Shown here piece after piece: positions 51,709 through 60,585 of a stretch of 64,000 nt of DNA. The stretch is from an uncultured delta proteobacterium. Its GTDB lineage: Bacteria; Desulfobacterota; Desulfobacteria; Desulfobacterales; JAFDCJ01. How positions within the stretch are numbered: position 1 is the stretch's first letter; each line of letters starts with the position of its first letter. Under the pieces are notes generated by a model. The model was not told the origin of the DNA. It was given only the letters and a program-made list of their open reading frames with translations, and searched no databases. The position numbers were made by a program, and so were the translations under genes. Location of the stretch: assembly GCA_963769935.1 (NCBI GenBank), contig CAVYNY010000022.1, positions 352,001-416,000 on the forward strand, written 5' to 3'.

Positions 51709-53253
51709 TTATGCACCAAGTGCCCTCAGCACAGCCTCGATATTGAGTGAATTCCCACTGAGTTCCTCGACGATGCGCCCACCACGGAACACCAGCGCCC
51801 GGTCGGCCATCTGGACAAGCTCTTCCGTGTCGTAGGCCAGCAGCAGAACCCCGAGCCCCTCGTGAGTGAGCTGATCGATGGTTTGGTGAACCTCCTGCTT
51901 GGCACCCACATCAATCCCGAGCGTCGGCTCGTCAAGGATTAGCACCTTCGGCCCTGCATTCACCAGACGAGCAAGAAGCACCTTTTGCTGGTTCCCACCT
52001 GAGAGCTGGTCAACCTGCTGGCCCGAATGAGTCACGGTCATCTGAAAACGGTCGCGCATCTTTTTGAATGTTTGCTCCATTGCTGGAATGTCAATGAAAC
52101 CCCATTTTCGGGTTGGCCATCGACCGGCGTGCAGGTTGAACCGAACTGACAGTTCGCCAAACAATCCGTCACCTTTGCGATCCCGCGGTAGATAGACGAT
52201 GCCGTGGTCTACCACTCCGGTCACGGTGTCTGCCTCCACCGATGAACCCTCGAGAAGAACCCGGCCCCCATCCCTCGGCTCAAGACCCCCAAGTGCTCGC
52301 GCCAGCTCACTCGCGCCCGAGCCAGGGAGACCGACGAGGCCGAGGATCTCGCCTCGGCCAAGGACAAACGACACGGGTTCACCCCCTCGAGCGCGGAAAT
52401 CTTCGAGCTCGAGGAGTGGCTCCGGGTGCTGCTCCACCTTGCGGCCGAACGATACTACGTCGGTACCTGTGACCAGTTCGGCGAGCTGGGACGGTGGCAC
52501 GGCCCCCGGATCGTTGCCGCGCGCAACGACTTTGCCGTCTCGCAGGACCGTGTACTCGTTGCAAATCTCGCGGAGCTCGCGGATGTAATGCGAGATGAAA
52601 ATGAAGGTCTGTCCCTCCTCGCGGAGTCTTTTGATCCACGCGAAAAAGGATCGCCTCTCCGCCTCCGTGAGGGATGTCGTCGGCTCGTCGAGCATGGCCA
52701 GTTGACCCTCGTCCGCGAGGGTCTTCACAATGCCCAACATACGTTGGTCGGGGATAGACAATGAGCCGGCCAGCGCGTCGACTGGAATGCCGACATAGTG
52801 CGACTCGAGAATCTCGTGCGCCCTTAGACGGACATCCTGCCAGTCGATTAGTCCCTTGCCTCGTGAGAGATTCGACATCATTAGGTTTTCGGCGACTGAC
52901 AGGTCCGGAACGATCTCCGAATCTTGGGTCAGCAGTCGAATGCCCATTTTTCGTCGCTCGACGAGCGCCGTGCCGGTCACATCGCGGTTCTGGAAGAAGA
53001 TCCTTCCACTTGAAGGCGTGACCGCGCCCGCGATCATCTTCACAAGCGTAGACTTTCCGGCACCGTTTTTTCCAACAAGACCGTGAATCGCCCCACGTGA
53101 CACGGCGAAGTCGCTGGGCAGCAATGCCTCAACGCCTCCGTACGTCTTCGCCAGGCCCTCAGCATGGACGATGTGAGTATCGCCATTTTCGAGCGGGGGC
53201 AGCGATGCCTGCCCCCGTTGTTCGGCGTGTGACGAATCCCCGAGCGCTGACAC
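51709..53253 (-). CDS. Sugar ABC transporter ATP-binding protein (RbsA-like)
   Basis: 'GKNGAGKST', 'LDEPT' twice, 'LSGGNQQK'; start set at the GTG overlapping the upstream stop. Confidence 0.92.
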   Translation of the reverse strand: MSALGDSSHAEQRGQASLPPLENGDTHIVHAEGLAKTYGGVEALLPSDFAVSRGAIHGLVGKNGAGKSTLVKMIAGAVTPSSGRIFFQNRDVTGTALVERRKMGIRLLTQDSEIVPDLSVAENLMMSNLSRGKGLIDWQDVRLRAHEILESHYVGIPVDALAGSLSIPDQRMLGIVKTLADEGQLAMLDEPTTSLTEAERRSFFAWIKRLREEGQTFIFISHYIRELREICNEYTVLRDGKVVARGNDPGAVPPSQLAELVTGTDVVSFGRKVEQHPEPLLELEDFRARGGEPVSFVLGRGEILGLVGLPGSGASELARALGGLEPRDGGRVLLEGSSVEADTVTGVVDHGIVYLPRDRKGDGLFGELSVRFNLHAGRWPTRKWGFIDIPAMEQTFKKMRDRFQMTVTHSGQQVDQLSGGNQQKVLLARLVNAGPKVLILDEPTLGIDVGAKQEVHQTIDQLTHEGLGVLLLAYDTEELVQMADRALVFRGGRIVEELSGNSLNIEAVLRALGA

Positions 53254-54386
53254 TATGCCTTCAACCCCCAATCTTTTGTCACGACATTGCCCCACTGGCG
53301 AGGGTCGTTAGCGACTTCGGGCGTCTCAATGTAGTACGGCGGGATGTTGACGACCGGGCCAACAATCCCCTTGATCATCTGGATCGGTGCCCGCTCCCAG
53401 TAGTACCTGTCGTTCTCGTACGTTTCGCCCACCGGAATTTCCTTACCCTGCATAGTATACTTGGTCAGCATTTCCACGGCGATCTGTGCATACGCTACCG
53501 GATCCTGGGACACCGAGGCGTCGATGATGCCTTTGCGCACCCAATCCAACGCCATCGGCTCACCATCGATCGTTGTGATGATGACATGGCCGTCCTCGCC
53601 CTTCGGCACCAATCGATTCGCCGCTTTGAGGGCATTTATAACCCCTCGGGTGAGGGTGTCGCTTGGAGCGTGAGCGGCGTCAAGGTCGGGATGCTCAGCC
53701 AGGGTTGCCTCAGTGATTGCTCGTGCGTTCTCCTCGCTGCCCTGGGTCGGCCGACCGATGTTCTGGATACCGGGATAGTCCGAGAACACCCTGTTCCAGC
53801 CCTCGTACCTAAGTCGCCATGCCTCCGGCACAAGCGAGCCGTAAGCGTTAAGAACCTTGCCCCGAGGTTTCCCGTAGCGTTTGGTCAGCAGTTCGACAAT
53901 CTTCTGAGCCGCATCCACACCACCCTGGAAATTGTCGTAGGCGACCGTGATGTCCGCGTAGCCCACGGAGAGCGGCGAGTCGACGACAGCTTGGGGGATG
54001 CCCGCTTTTTTATACTTCGCGGTGATCGGGGCCAAGATCTCCGAGGACACTGGGTTCGAGATCAGCATCGCGGGGTTCTTGAGTAGCAGCGAGTTGAAGT
54101 TCTCTGCCTGGACGATGGCATCGAACTCCGGGTTGGTGGACTGGTACTCGTATCCCTTTTCCTCGACTGCGCGTTTAATCGCTTCATCCAACGCCACGAA
54201 GAAGAAGAAGGCCATCGACTTGTTGGCGTAGACCGCGAGTTTTTTCTTTTGGGCTAGTGCGGTCTTTTCGTAGGCCGTGAGGAGGCCACCCGCTCCCAAA
54301 GCAACAGCTGCCTGTCCTGTGAGTTGGAGGAACCGTCTTCGGTCCATCATAGAGTCATACTCAATCATCCTCTTTTTTTTAGCCAT
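53253..54386 (-). CDS. Sugar ABC transporter substrate-binding protein with Tat signal
   Basis: 'DRRRFLQ' twin-arginine motif; 'YDNFQGG', 'IDG', 'SQDP'. Confidence 0.88.
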   Translation of the reverse strand: MAKKKRMIEYDSMMDRRRFLQLTGQAAVALGAGGLLTAYEKTALAQKKKLAVYANKSMAFFFFVALDEAIKRAVEEKGYEYQSTNPEFDAIVQAENFNSLLLKNPAMLISNPVSSEILAPITAKYKKAGIPQAVVDSPLSVGYADITVAYDNFQGGVDAAQKIVELLTKRYGKPRGKVLNAYGSLVPEAWRLRYEGWNRVFSDYPGIQNIGRPTQGSEENARAITEATLAEHPDLDAAHAPSDTLTRGVINALKAANRLVPKGEDGHVIITTIDGEPMALDWVRKGIIDASVSQDPVAYAQIAVEMLTKYTMQGKEIPVGETYENDRYYWERAPIQMIKGIVGPVVNIPPYYIETPEVANDPRQWGNVVTKDWGLKA

Positions 54387-54484
54387 CCTTGCCGTCCTTT
54401 CTAGGGCATCATAGCCCTAATTGATTGGAGTTATCCCCACCCGACATACAGGGATCGCCGGCCAATCCGGCAAAATATTTTATA

Positions 54485-54515
54485 TATTGAAACGGCATCT
54501 CAATATTTGAGACGT
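54485..54515. promoter_or_regulatory. Candidate IclR operator upstream of the ABC operon
   Basis: Overlapping palindromes ttgaaacggcatctcaa and tctcaa-tat-ttgaga. Confidence 0.45.
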
Positions 54516-54709
54516 ATTATGTTTTTATCTGCTTGTCAAGTACGGATATTCTTTTTGGACAACTCCTTCGATGAGAGCGGCAGGTCTTCCCTTTGTCAAA
54601 TGATAATTAGGAAAAATGAGCATAGATCGCCTGGGCTGCTTTCCACAAGCGCCGTTTGGAATGACCCCAGTCCACAAGGCTGTTGTAAAGTTGCTTGTCA
54701 GAAACGAAA

Positions 54710-54763
54710 AAGCCTCTATCAGTGAGGTTTCGTTGCCAAGTGAAACCTCACTGATAGAGGCTT
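54710..54763 (-). terminator. Long hairpin terminator after iclR-like gene
   Basis: Perfect 22-bp inverted repeat aagcctctatcagtgaggtttc / gaaacctcactgatagaggctt with a T tract on the minus strand. Confidence 0.75.
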
Positions 54764-54803
54764 AAGATGAAGCGTAACACAAGAGGGGAATATCAGGACA
54801 TAC

Positions 54804-55583
54804 TCATCTTGTCCACGTAATCCCACCTAGTTGCTCTGAAAGTTCCCGAGAAGCCTTCAACAGCGGTTCTTTTAGCTCCTCTAGTTTCTCAAACGAAAAG
54901 CGCGAATCGGGTCCAGATATGCTGATCCCTCTATGAACTCGTCCTCCGCTTTCAAAGATAGGTACAGCAATACAGCGCATGCTGTCGGAGAATTCGTGAT
55001 CATCAGTAGCATAACCTTGAGATCGGATAAGCTGCAATTCTCTTCTGAACTCATCCGGATCTGTAATGGTGTTGCTGGCCATTTTAGGCAGTCCCGCAGC
55101 CACAAACGCTTCAATATATCGTATATCTTGAAAGGCTAACAAGACTTTGCCGATGGATGTACAATGCAACGACTCTCGATCACCTATCTGAAAATCGACG
55201 GTGACGAGCTGTGTGCCCTTCACCTTCAGCACGATTACCGTCCTATGGCCGTCTAAAACGGAGAGGTGTAGGGTTTCGTGGGTCTCGTCAGTTATCTGTT
55301 CAAGCCTTTGACGGATCAATTCAGTGACCTCATTGTCTGCCAGCAAGTTGCGACTCAAGGAGATGACTTTGTAGCTGAGTCTGTATCGCTTCGAGATCTC
55401 GTCCTGGGTGACGTACCTGGCATCGACCAGTGTCTTCAGCATACGATAAGCTGTGCCTTTATCGATACCCACCTGTTCGGCCGCTTCGGTGACGGAAATT
55501 GGCTGTGAGGAAAACGCGACAGTCTCAAGCACGTTGAGTGCTTTGAGCGCAGTAGAACTTGTATTGGCACTATTGTTTGCCAC
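54804..55583 (-). CDS. IclR-family transcriptional regulator
   Basis: N-terminal HTH 'KGTAYRMLKTL', 'HCTSIGKVLLA', 'CIAVPI', 'ISISGP'. Confidence 0.92.
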   Translation of the reverse strand: MANNSANTSSTALKALNVLETVAFSSQPISVTEAAEQVGIDKGTAYRMLKTLVDARYVTQDEISKRYRLSYKVISLSRNLLADNEVTELIRQRLEQITDETHETLHLSVLDGHRTVIVLKVKGTQLVTVDFQIGDRESLHCTSIGKVLLAFQDIRYIEAFVAAGLPKMASNTITDPDEFRRELQLIRSQGYATDDHEFSDSMRCIAVPIFESGGRVHRGISISGPDSRFSFEKLEELKEPLLKASRELSEQLGGITWTR

Positions 55584-56078
55584 AGGCTTCCCTTTATTTT
55601 AAATAGTGTGTTGATGTTTCAAAACCAGCAATATATTTTGATAAATGAAAAAGTAGTTAATATAGAATATAGCAGATTCTGCTTATATGTGTCAAAACGG
55701 GATGCGAATTAGTACAGCCTCCCAAAGGTTTTGAGAGTGGTTTTTATGCTTAGTTGCAAAGTTAAAGGGATTAAAAAGAGCCAAGATAACTATTTGGATT
55801 TGGGAGTTGGGGTCGGACCACGCTGAACGTTTGATAATTATCTATCTATGCTAAAAATAGTGCCGTTTTTGGGCTTAAAGTTATGATTTTGTTGGCAAAA
55901 AGACCAGTGTAAGAAAAATATGTCATTTATTTTTGCCGAAACTGGATTGTGCCCAAATTGTGCCCGTCAAGGTCAAACATTTCCAAACAGTTCCAAACGA
56001 AACCAAAAATAGCCTGATAAATTGGAATCGAATCAAGTGCCTGTAATTACAGCGGTTTCGAATTTTCAAAAAATTGGT

Positions 56079-56126
56079 CTGAAAATCCCCGTGTCGGCAG
56101 TTCGATTCTGTCCCTCGGCACCATAA
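56079..56126 (+). repeat. att repeat: 3' part of tRNA-Phe
   Basis: Identical to 39399-39446; followed by terminator aaaaaagccccaga...tctggggctttttt. Confidence 0.95.
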
Positions 56127-56288
56127 AAAAAGCCCCAGATATTTCTCTGGGGCTTTTTTATTCCGTTTTTTAGTCTCATCCAGCAAGCAGTGGTGGCGGG
56201 CAAATTGCCGATGTTCTTGACAGACCTAACGGATATAGTTATCATGATGTATAAATATATACACTATGCCATCATGGAGGTATTTGAT

Positions 56289-56537
56289 ATGCTGCGAACT
56301 CAAATTCAGATTGAAGAGGATCAAATTAAGTGGCTTAGAAATACGGCCAAGGAGAGAGGTGTGTCGGTATCTCAATTAATCCGCGAAGGGGTTGAATTTT
56401 ACCGTAAATATGAGGACCGGCTTCCTGAAGATAAAAAAAAGAAAGCCCTGGAAGCAATCGGGCGTTATGCTTCAGGTGTTTCTGACATATCTGAAAGGCA
56501 TGATGATTATCTGGCTAAAGCTTTTAAAGCAGGGTAA
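56289..56537 (+). CDS. CopG/RHH antitoxin (VapB-like)
   Basis: 'RTQIQI', 'GVSVSQLIREGV', 'SERHDDYL'; upstream of a PIN gene. Confidence 0.85.
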   Translation: MLRTQIQIEEDQIKWLRNTAKERGVSVSQLIREGVEFYRKYEDRLPEDKKKKALEAIGRYASGVSDISERHDDYLAKAFKAG

Positions 56538-56541
56538 AGAC

Positions 56542-56964
56542 ATGACAATTGAAAAAGTATTTATCGACACCTCAGCTTTTTATGCGTTGATGGACCGTTC
56601 GGATAGCTACCACCAATCAGCAAGCAGACTTTGGACCCATTTTCTTGACAAGGGTTATGAACTGAAGACGAGCAATTATGTTACGGTCGAAACTCTGGCT
56701 TTATTGCAAAACAGATTAGGCTTTGAAGCCGCCGATCTCTGGTCCCGAGATGTACTTGGTATTGTGGAATCAATTTGGATTCATGAAGTACTCCATAATT
56801 TGGCATTTGAAATTTGGTTGAGCCTTGGAAGACGGAAATTAAGCTTGGTAGACTGTGCAAGTTTCGTGGTTATGCGGCATGTCAAAGTGGAAAAAGTCTT
56901 TGGATTCGATAAGCATTTCACTGAACATGGCTTTGACGTTTTGAATGAGCGTGCCCTGCGTTGA
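56542..56964 (+). CDS. PIN-domain toxin (VapC-like)
   Basis: 'FIDTSA', 'E', 'SLVDCASF', 'FDKHF'. Confidence 0.9.
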   Translation: MTIEKVFIDTSAFYALMDRSDSYHQSASRLWTHFLDKGYELKTSNYVTVETLALLQNRLGFEAADLWSRDVLGIVESIWIHEVLHNLAFEIWLSLGRRKLSLVDCASFVVMRHVKVEKVFGFDKHFTEHGFDVLNERALR

Positions 56965-56994
56965 TTTTGTCGATATTTAAATGCGATTGATGCA

Positions 56995-57143
56995 TCAGCT
57001 CTCCGCCAACCTTTTTAGTGAAAAAACTCCATCCAAACCCTTTACCGGTTTGGGAATCTTGCGCAGACGCCCTCCGTTGCATAGCACCTTTTGCAGGTCC
57101 CTTGTTCTCCCTAAAGCACTTTTTGCACGAATGTCCCCTATTG
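56995..57143 (-). mobile_element. Internally deleted RAYT-like element
   Basis: 56995-57060 resembles the RAYT 3' end at 40376-40440; 'tgtcccctatt' matches the RAYT 5' flank at ~41381. Confidence 0.65.
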
Positions 57144-57165
57144 TCCTTTTGCCGCGGATCCCGCG

Positions 57166-57549
57166 TTAGGCCTCGATACTGCCGATGATGTCAGTGTCTG
57201 CAAAGTTGCCGGCAATTCGAGAACTGAAGATGTCACCAATCCCCTGATCAAAGACAAGCTCGGGGGGAACCCGCGAGTCGATGCAGCCCAGTACCACGGC
57301 GAACGGGTATTGCCCCGCAGCTGTCGCCCGGACCTGAGCCATCAGGTTACGCTGGAGCATCTTTCCGTCTACGAATCGCTCGTTACCATCCTTGAGCGCG
57401 CGGAGCGCTTGCGCCGGCGTCATGTTGCCCTGTGACTCTTCTGACATCGCGGGAATCTCAGCCGCTAACGCACGGCCGGACACTGTAAGTAGGGCTCCCG
57501 CAGCCGCTGCGGCCGGCAGCAATTTGAGTAGTTGGCGTCTGTTCATCAT
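57166..57549 (-). pseudogene. Tat-exported beta-carbonic anhydrase, 3'-truncated
   Basis: 'NRRQLL', 'GNERF', 'GQYPFA', 'CIDSRV', 'GDIF..RIAGN'; stops at 'GSIEA' before the HxxC motif. Confidence 0.85.
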
Positions 57550-57724
57550 TTTGTCCTCTTTTCTTTCCTGCAAAATCGTCTCAGCGTATTAACGGGCAGC
57601 TTTTTCCCTTGGATTCATCTTTGCGACGGTAAAATGGTCATTCTCAGGCCGGTAAACGGTCTCGTTTTTGACATCACGATTTAGTTGCCGTTATTCTACG
57701 TTGGTCCGGTGCCGGTTTGTCCGG

Positions 57725-57840
57725 GGTCGTCTTCGTGTGGGAGTGGCTTCTGCCTGCATCCCGGGTCAGCGAGGCTGCCACGAAAGGAACTCCCTCTAAA
57801 GCTTTGATCGTGGCTGGAAGCCGGTCCCACGAGGATGGCC
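57725..57840. repeat. REP doublet (GTGG variant) forming a long hairpin
   Basis: GTGGGAGTGGCTTCTGCC ... GGCTGGAAGCCGGTCCCAC with additional flank pairing. Confidence 0.6.
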
Positions 57841-58314
57841 ACAGTTCTTAAGTTAACGACATTATCTTCATTTACAAATAAGAAAATATGGGTGCTTTGT
57901 TGGGATATCAAGTTGAATTTTGGAATTGTAATTGGAATGATAGTCAGGCTCAAATGACGATTAAACTTCACGTGAGGAGGGTCGATTGATAGAAAAATAT
58001 GAGCAAAATTCAGTTTCTATGTCTCTTGAAGCGGTTTATTGAGATCTTTCTGAATATTCACCCATGAGTCTTCACTAATCACTCTGATTATGGAGGTCAG
58101 GATTTTTTTGTTGCTGTCCAGCCGCGAGAAAATATTCGCCCGGTCTGTGTCCTGGCACTGGGTAAGTCTGAAAGCAAGACGCAGTGTGTTCACATGCTCC
58201 TTTTTTTGGGGGCCATAGCAGACAAAGGTGGCTCTCATAAGGATTCAGGGCAACAGTGAACCGCTATGTTTTTTTTATGCAAGCAAGGGATCAATTTACG
58301 GAGAGGGCGGCCTT

Positions 58315-59373
58315 CTACGCTGGGTTGTTTTCGCAGACGTCCTTAAAAAGCTCGAGATTCGTGGCTTGCGCGTCCATCATGCCCTGCTTGTTTTCGGCGG
58401 GCAGTGCTGCCCCCATCCAGTTCACGTTGAAATTCAGTCGCGTACGCCCCTCGCCTTGAGGATATAAATCGTAGTAGAGCACGATCGTCAAGTCGATGTC
58501 GGGTATTTCTACTTGCTCCGAATAAAGGGCATGGTCTTCGCTGAAGTCGCGGTAAATGGCGGTGTTGATCAGCGTCATTCCCATGAACACACAGTTGTGC
58601 CGCATGCCTATACGCTCCGACGTCATTTCGCGATTTATAGAATCAACGCCCGCCAGCCAATCCGGCCGCTTGTCGACATTGATCAACGTTTGGTAAACTG
58701 CTTTAAGAGGTGCATTGATCACAATTTCAAGATTGTCGTCCCCTTTTTCGACAACGAAACTTGGAGGCGACGGTGGCGGAGGGATCCGGGCTTTGTAATC
58801 GGTCAGCGTTGCAAATTCGAAGTCGACTTTGCCGATTCCGTCGTAACTCTGACTTGATTTTGACCATTGGAGCGTCGGATTTGGATCGCTGTGGCCGATT
58901 GCTTCGCAGCAAGGCACGGTTATCAGGACGTATTCGTCAGAGTCGACGTTGTTCTTCAGGAGCCGGTGAGCGATGATCATGTCAACTCCGGTCGCTTTGA
59001 CGAACTGAGCGACCTTAACTTCCTTGATGTACCCAAAGTGCGTGATGAACTTGAGCGTCAGATTGCTGGCAGACTGGCACGCCCCGCACTGGCAGACTGT
59101 GTCACGTTCTATGACCATGAGTTGTCGGTGGAAGTTCGAAAACATGCTCAGGCACTGATCGACGAGTTGTTTGTGTCGCAGCGGTTCGCCCTTGCGGTAG
59201 AACAGAACGGCATCACCTTCGATCTCAGCCAATGTGAACCCCGTATCGTTTGACTCGACGATACGTTCCAGCAGCTCTGTTATGATGTGGGCGCAGTGAT
59301 CGATCTCCGTGGTGCTCGTGAAATCAGTAAAACCACTGATGTCGGGAATGAGGATTATCGCTTGTTCAGCCAT
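58315..59373 (-). CDS. DUF2652 (cyclase-like) domain plus SRPBCC/START domain protein
   Basis: 'PDISGFT', 'EIEGDAVLF', 'CQCGAC', 'LKFITHFG', 'HRLLKN'; C-terminal 'INAP..VY..L....RPDW'. Confidence 0.75.
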   Translation of the reverse strand: MAEQAIILIPDISGFTDFTSTTEIDHCAHIITELLERIVESNDTGFTLAEIEGDAVLFYRKGEPLRHKQLVDQCLSMFSNFHRQLMVIERDTVCQCGACQSASNLTLKFITHFGYIKEVKVAQFVKATGVDMIIAHRLLKNNVDSDEYVLITVPCCEAIGHSDPNPTLQWSKSSQSYDGIGKVDFEFATLTDYKARIPPPPSPPSFVVEKGDDNLEIVINAPLKAVYQTLINVDKRPDWLAGVDSINREMTSERIGMRHNCVFMGMTLINTAIYRDFSEDHALYSEQVEIPDIDLTIVLYYDLYPQGEGRTRLNFNVNWMGAALPAENKQGMMDAQATNLELFKDVCENNPA

Positions 59374-59394
59374 AGGGAGGGTCCTTTAAGGGAA

Positions 59395-59739
59395 GATAGG
59401 AAGTTGTTTATTCAAAGCGGATAAATGGAAAATAGTCAATTTGGTGTCGGTTTTAGCTGTCGACTTCGCTCACCCGTCGAGCTTCCGACTTCGCTCTTCG
59501 AGCTACGACGGGACAAGACGGCGGGACAAGACGGCGGGACAAGATGACGGAACAAGACGACGGAACAAGAGACAGCCCTACGTATTGAAGCGGCCTTTAA
59601 CGCAAACAATAATCACTTAAGTAATCACAGCAGGTTTTGATGTCAAGATTTGATTTTTTACGATGGAATTCAAAATACTGGTCGATTTGAGTCCCGTCGC
59701 CGGCGTGATTCACCGCTATGGCCTCAGCTGGATTTTTTT
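59395..59739 (-). mobile_element. Orphan IS91-family oriIS-like end containing nested mini-elements
   Basis: Minus strand ends AACAACTTCCTATC; collinear similarity to 41447-41699. Confidence 0.6.
59505..59569 (+). repeat. Five tandem 13-mers
   Basis: acgacgggacaag acggcgggacaag acggcgggacaag atgacggaacaag acgacggaacaag. Confidence 0.9.
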
Positions 59740-59857
59740 TATATAACTTGCGCCGAATTTTTTGAACTATAGATCTAACCTGACAAGCATAACGGCACCA
59801 TTATTTTTATGGAGAAGATGGCTTGACAACTTTATAATTGATGCTATGATGCTTTTT

Positions 59858-60124
59858 ATGAGAACAACATTAACCATAGATGACGATTTGGCGCGAGAAT
59901 TGCGGGAGAAAGCCCACAATACTGGGGCTCCTTTCAAAGAGGTCGTTAATAAAGCTATCAGGGCCGGTCTAGAGCATGTTGATAAACCCAAGCAGAAAAA
60001 ACCTTACAAGCTTAAGACCTATTCCCTTGGATATCCGCCCGGTGCAGATCTCGACCATGCATTGAATCTTGCAGATCGATTGGAATCGGAAGAAATCGCA
60101 CGGAAGCTCTCGTTACGCAAATGA
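59858..60124 (+). CDS. VapB-like antitoxin
   Basis: 'MRTTLTIDDDL', 'FKEVVNKAIRAGL'; ATGA overlap with the PIN gene. Confidence 0.85.
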   Translation: MRTTLTIDDDLARELREKAHNTGAPFKEVVNKAIRAGLEHVDKPKQKKPYKLKTYSLGYPPGADLDHALNLADRLESEEIARKLSLRK

Positions 60125-60549
60125 AACTTGTTGATATCAATTTGTTGATTTATGCCATCAATGAAGATGCCCCTCATCATTTTAAAGCCAAGAAATGGCT
60201 CGAGGATTCCCTGTCAAACGATGAACCTATCGGTTTTGCCTGGATCGTCATTTTAGGCTTCCTTCGAATTGTTACCAACGGCAGGATTATGCCGACACCA
60301 CTAATGCCTGAGGTTGCTATCGACTTTGTCAACGATTGGCTTCAGCAGCCGCCGTCTCTAACTGTTGTACCGACACATCAACACTGGTCAATTTTCAAAG
60401 AACTTCTCATGCCCCTTGGAACGGCTGCTAATTTAACGTCCGATGCCCATCTTGCCGCTTTAGCTATTGAACATGGAGCTCGTCTCTATTCTACAGACAA
60501 TGATTTCAGTCGCTTTCGAACGCTGCGGTGGACAAATCCGATAGAATAA
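60121..60549 (+). CDS. VapC-like PIN toxin
   Basis: 'VDINLLIYA', 'GFLRIVT', 'DAHLAALAIEHG', 'STDNDFSRF'. Confidence 0.9.
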   Translation: MKLVDINLLIYAINEDAPHHFKAKKWLEDSLSNDEPIGFAWIVILGFLRIVTNGRIMPTPLMPEVAIDFVNDWLQQPPSLTVVPTHQHWSIFKELLMPLGTAANLTSDAHLAALAIEHGARLYSTDNDFSRFRTLRWTNPIE

Positions 60550-60585
60550 AAAATTCCCATTGTCTAATCCCGCATCCGGCACATT

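Larger units (their letters stand above)
39399..56126. mobile_element. Genomic island at tRNA-Phe bounded by 48-bp direct repeats; no integrase inside
   Basis: 39399-39446 is identical to 56079-56126; cargo of TA, transposase and catabolic genes. Confidence 0.85.

Noticed and set aside
53097..54086. Long antisense ORFs (e.g. 329 aa here; also 44749-45612, 20594-21304, 7242-7898)
   Set aside because: Shadow frames of well-supported genes on the opposite strand
54710..54763. tetO-like sequence (ctctatcagtga)
   Set aside because: Only a partial match, no TetR nearby, and better explained as the iclR terminator
56079..56123. Second tRNA-Phe gene
   Set aside because: Lacks the 5' acceptor strand and D-arm; it is the att duplicate
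55923..56186. 87-aa ORF across the att site
   Set aside because: Antisense translation of the tRNA fragment; spurious
57700..57850. 6S RNA or other structured ncRNA
   Set aside because: The arms match a REP doublet pattern; no recognisable 6S features; an Rfam search would settle it
58017..58238. 73-aa ORF as a transposase fragment
   Set aside because: No motif I can recognise
59505..59569. Possible CRISPR array
   Set aside because: 13-nt units are directly adjacent with no spacers, and there are no cas genes in the window
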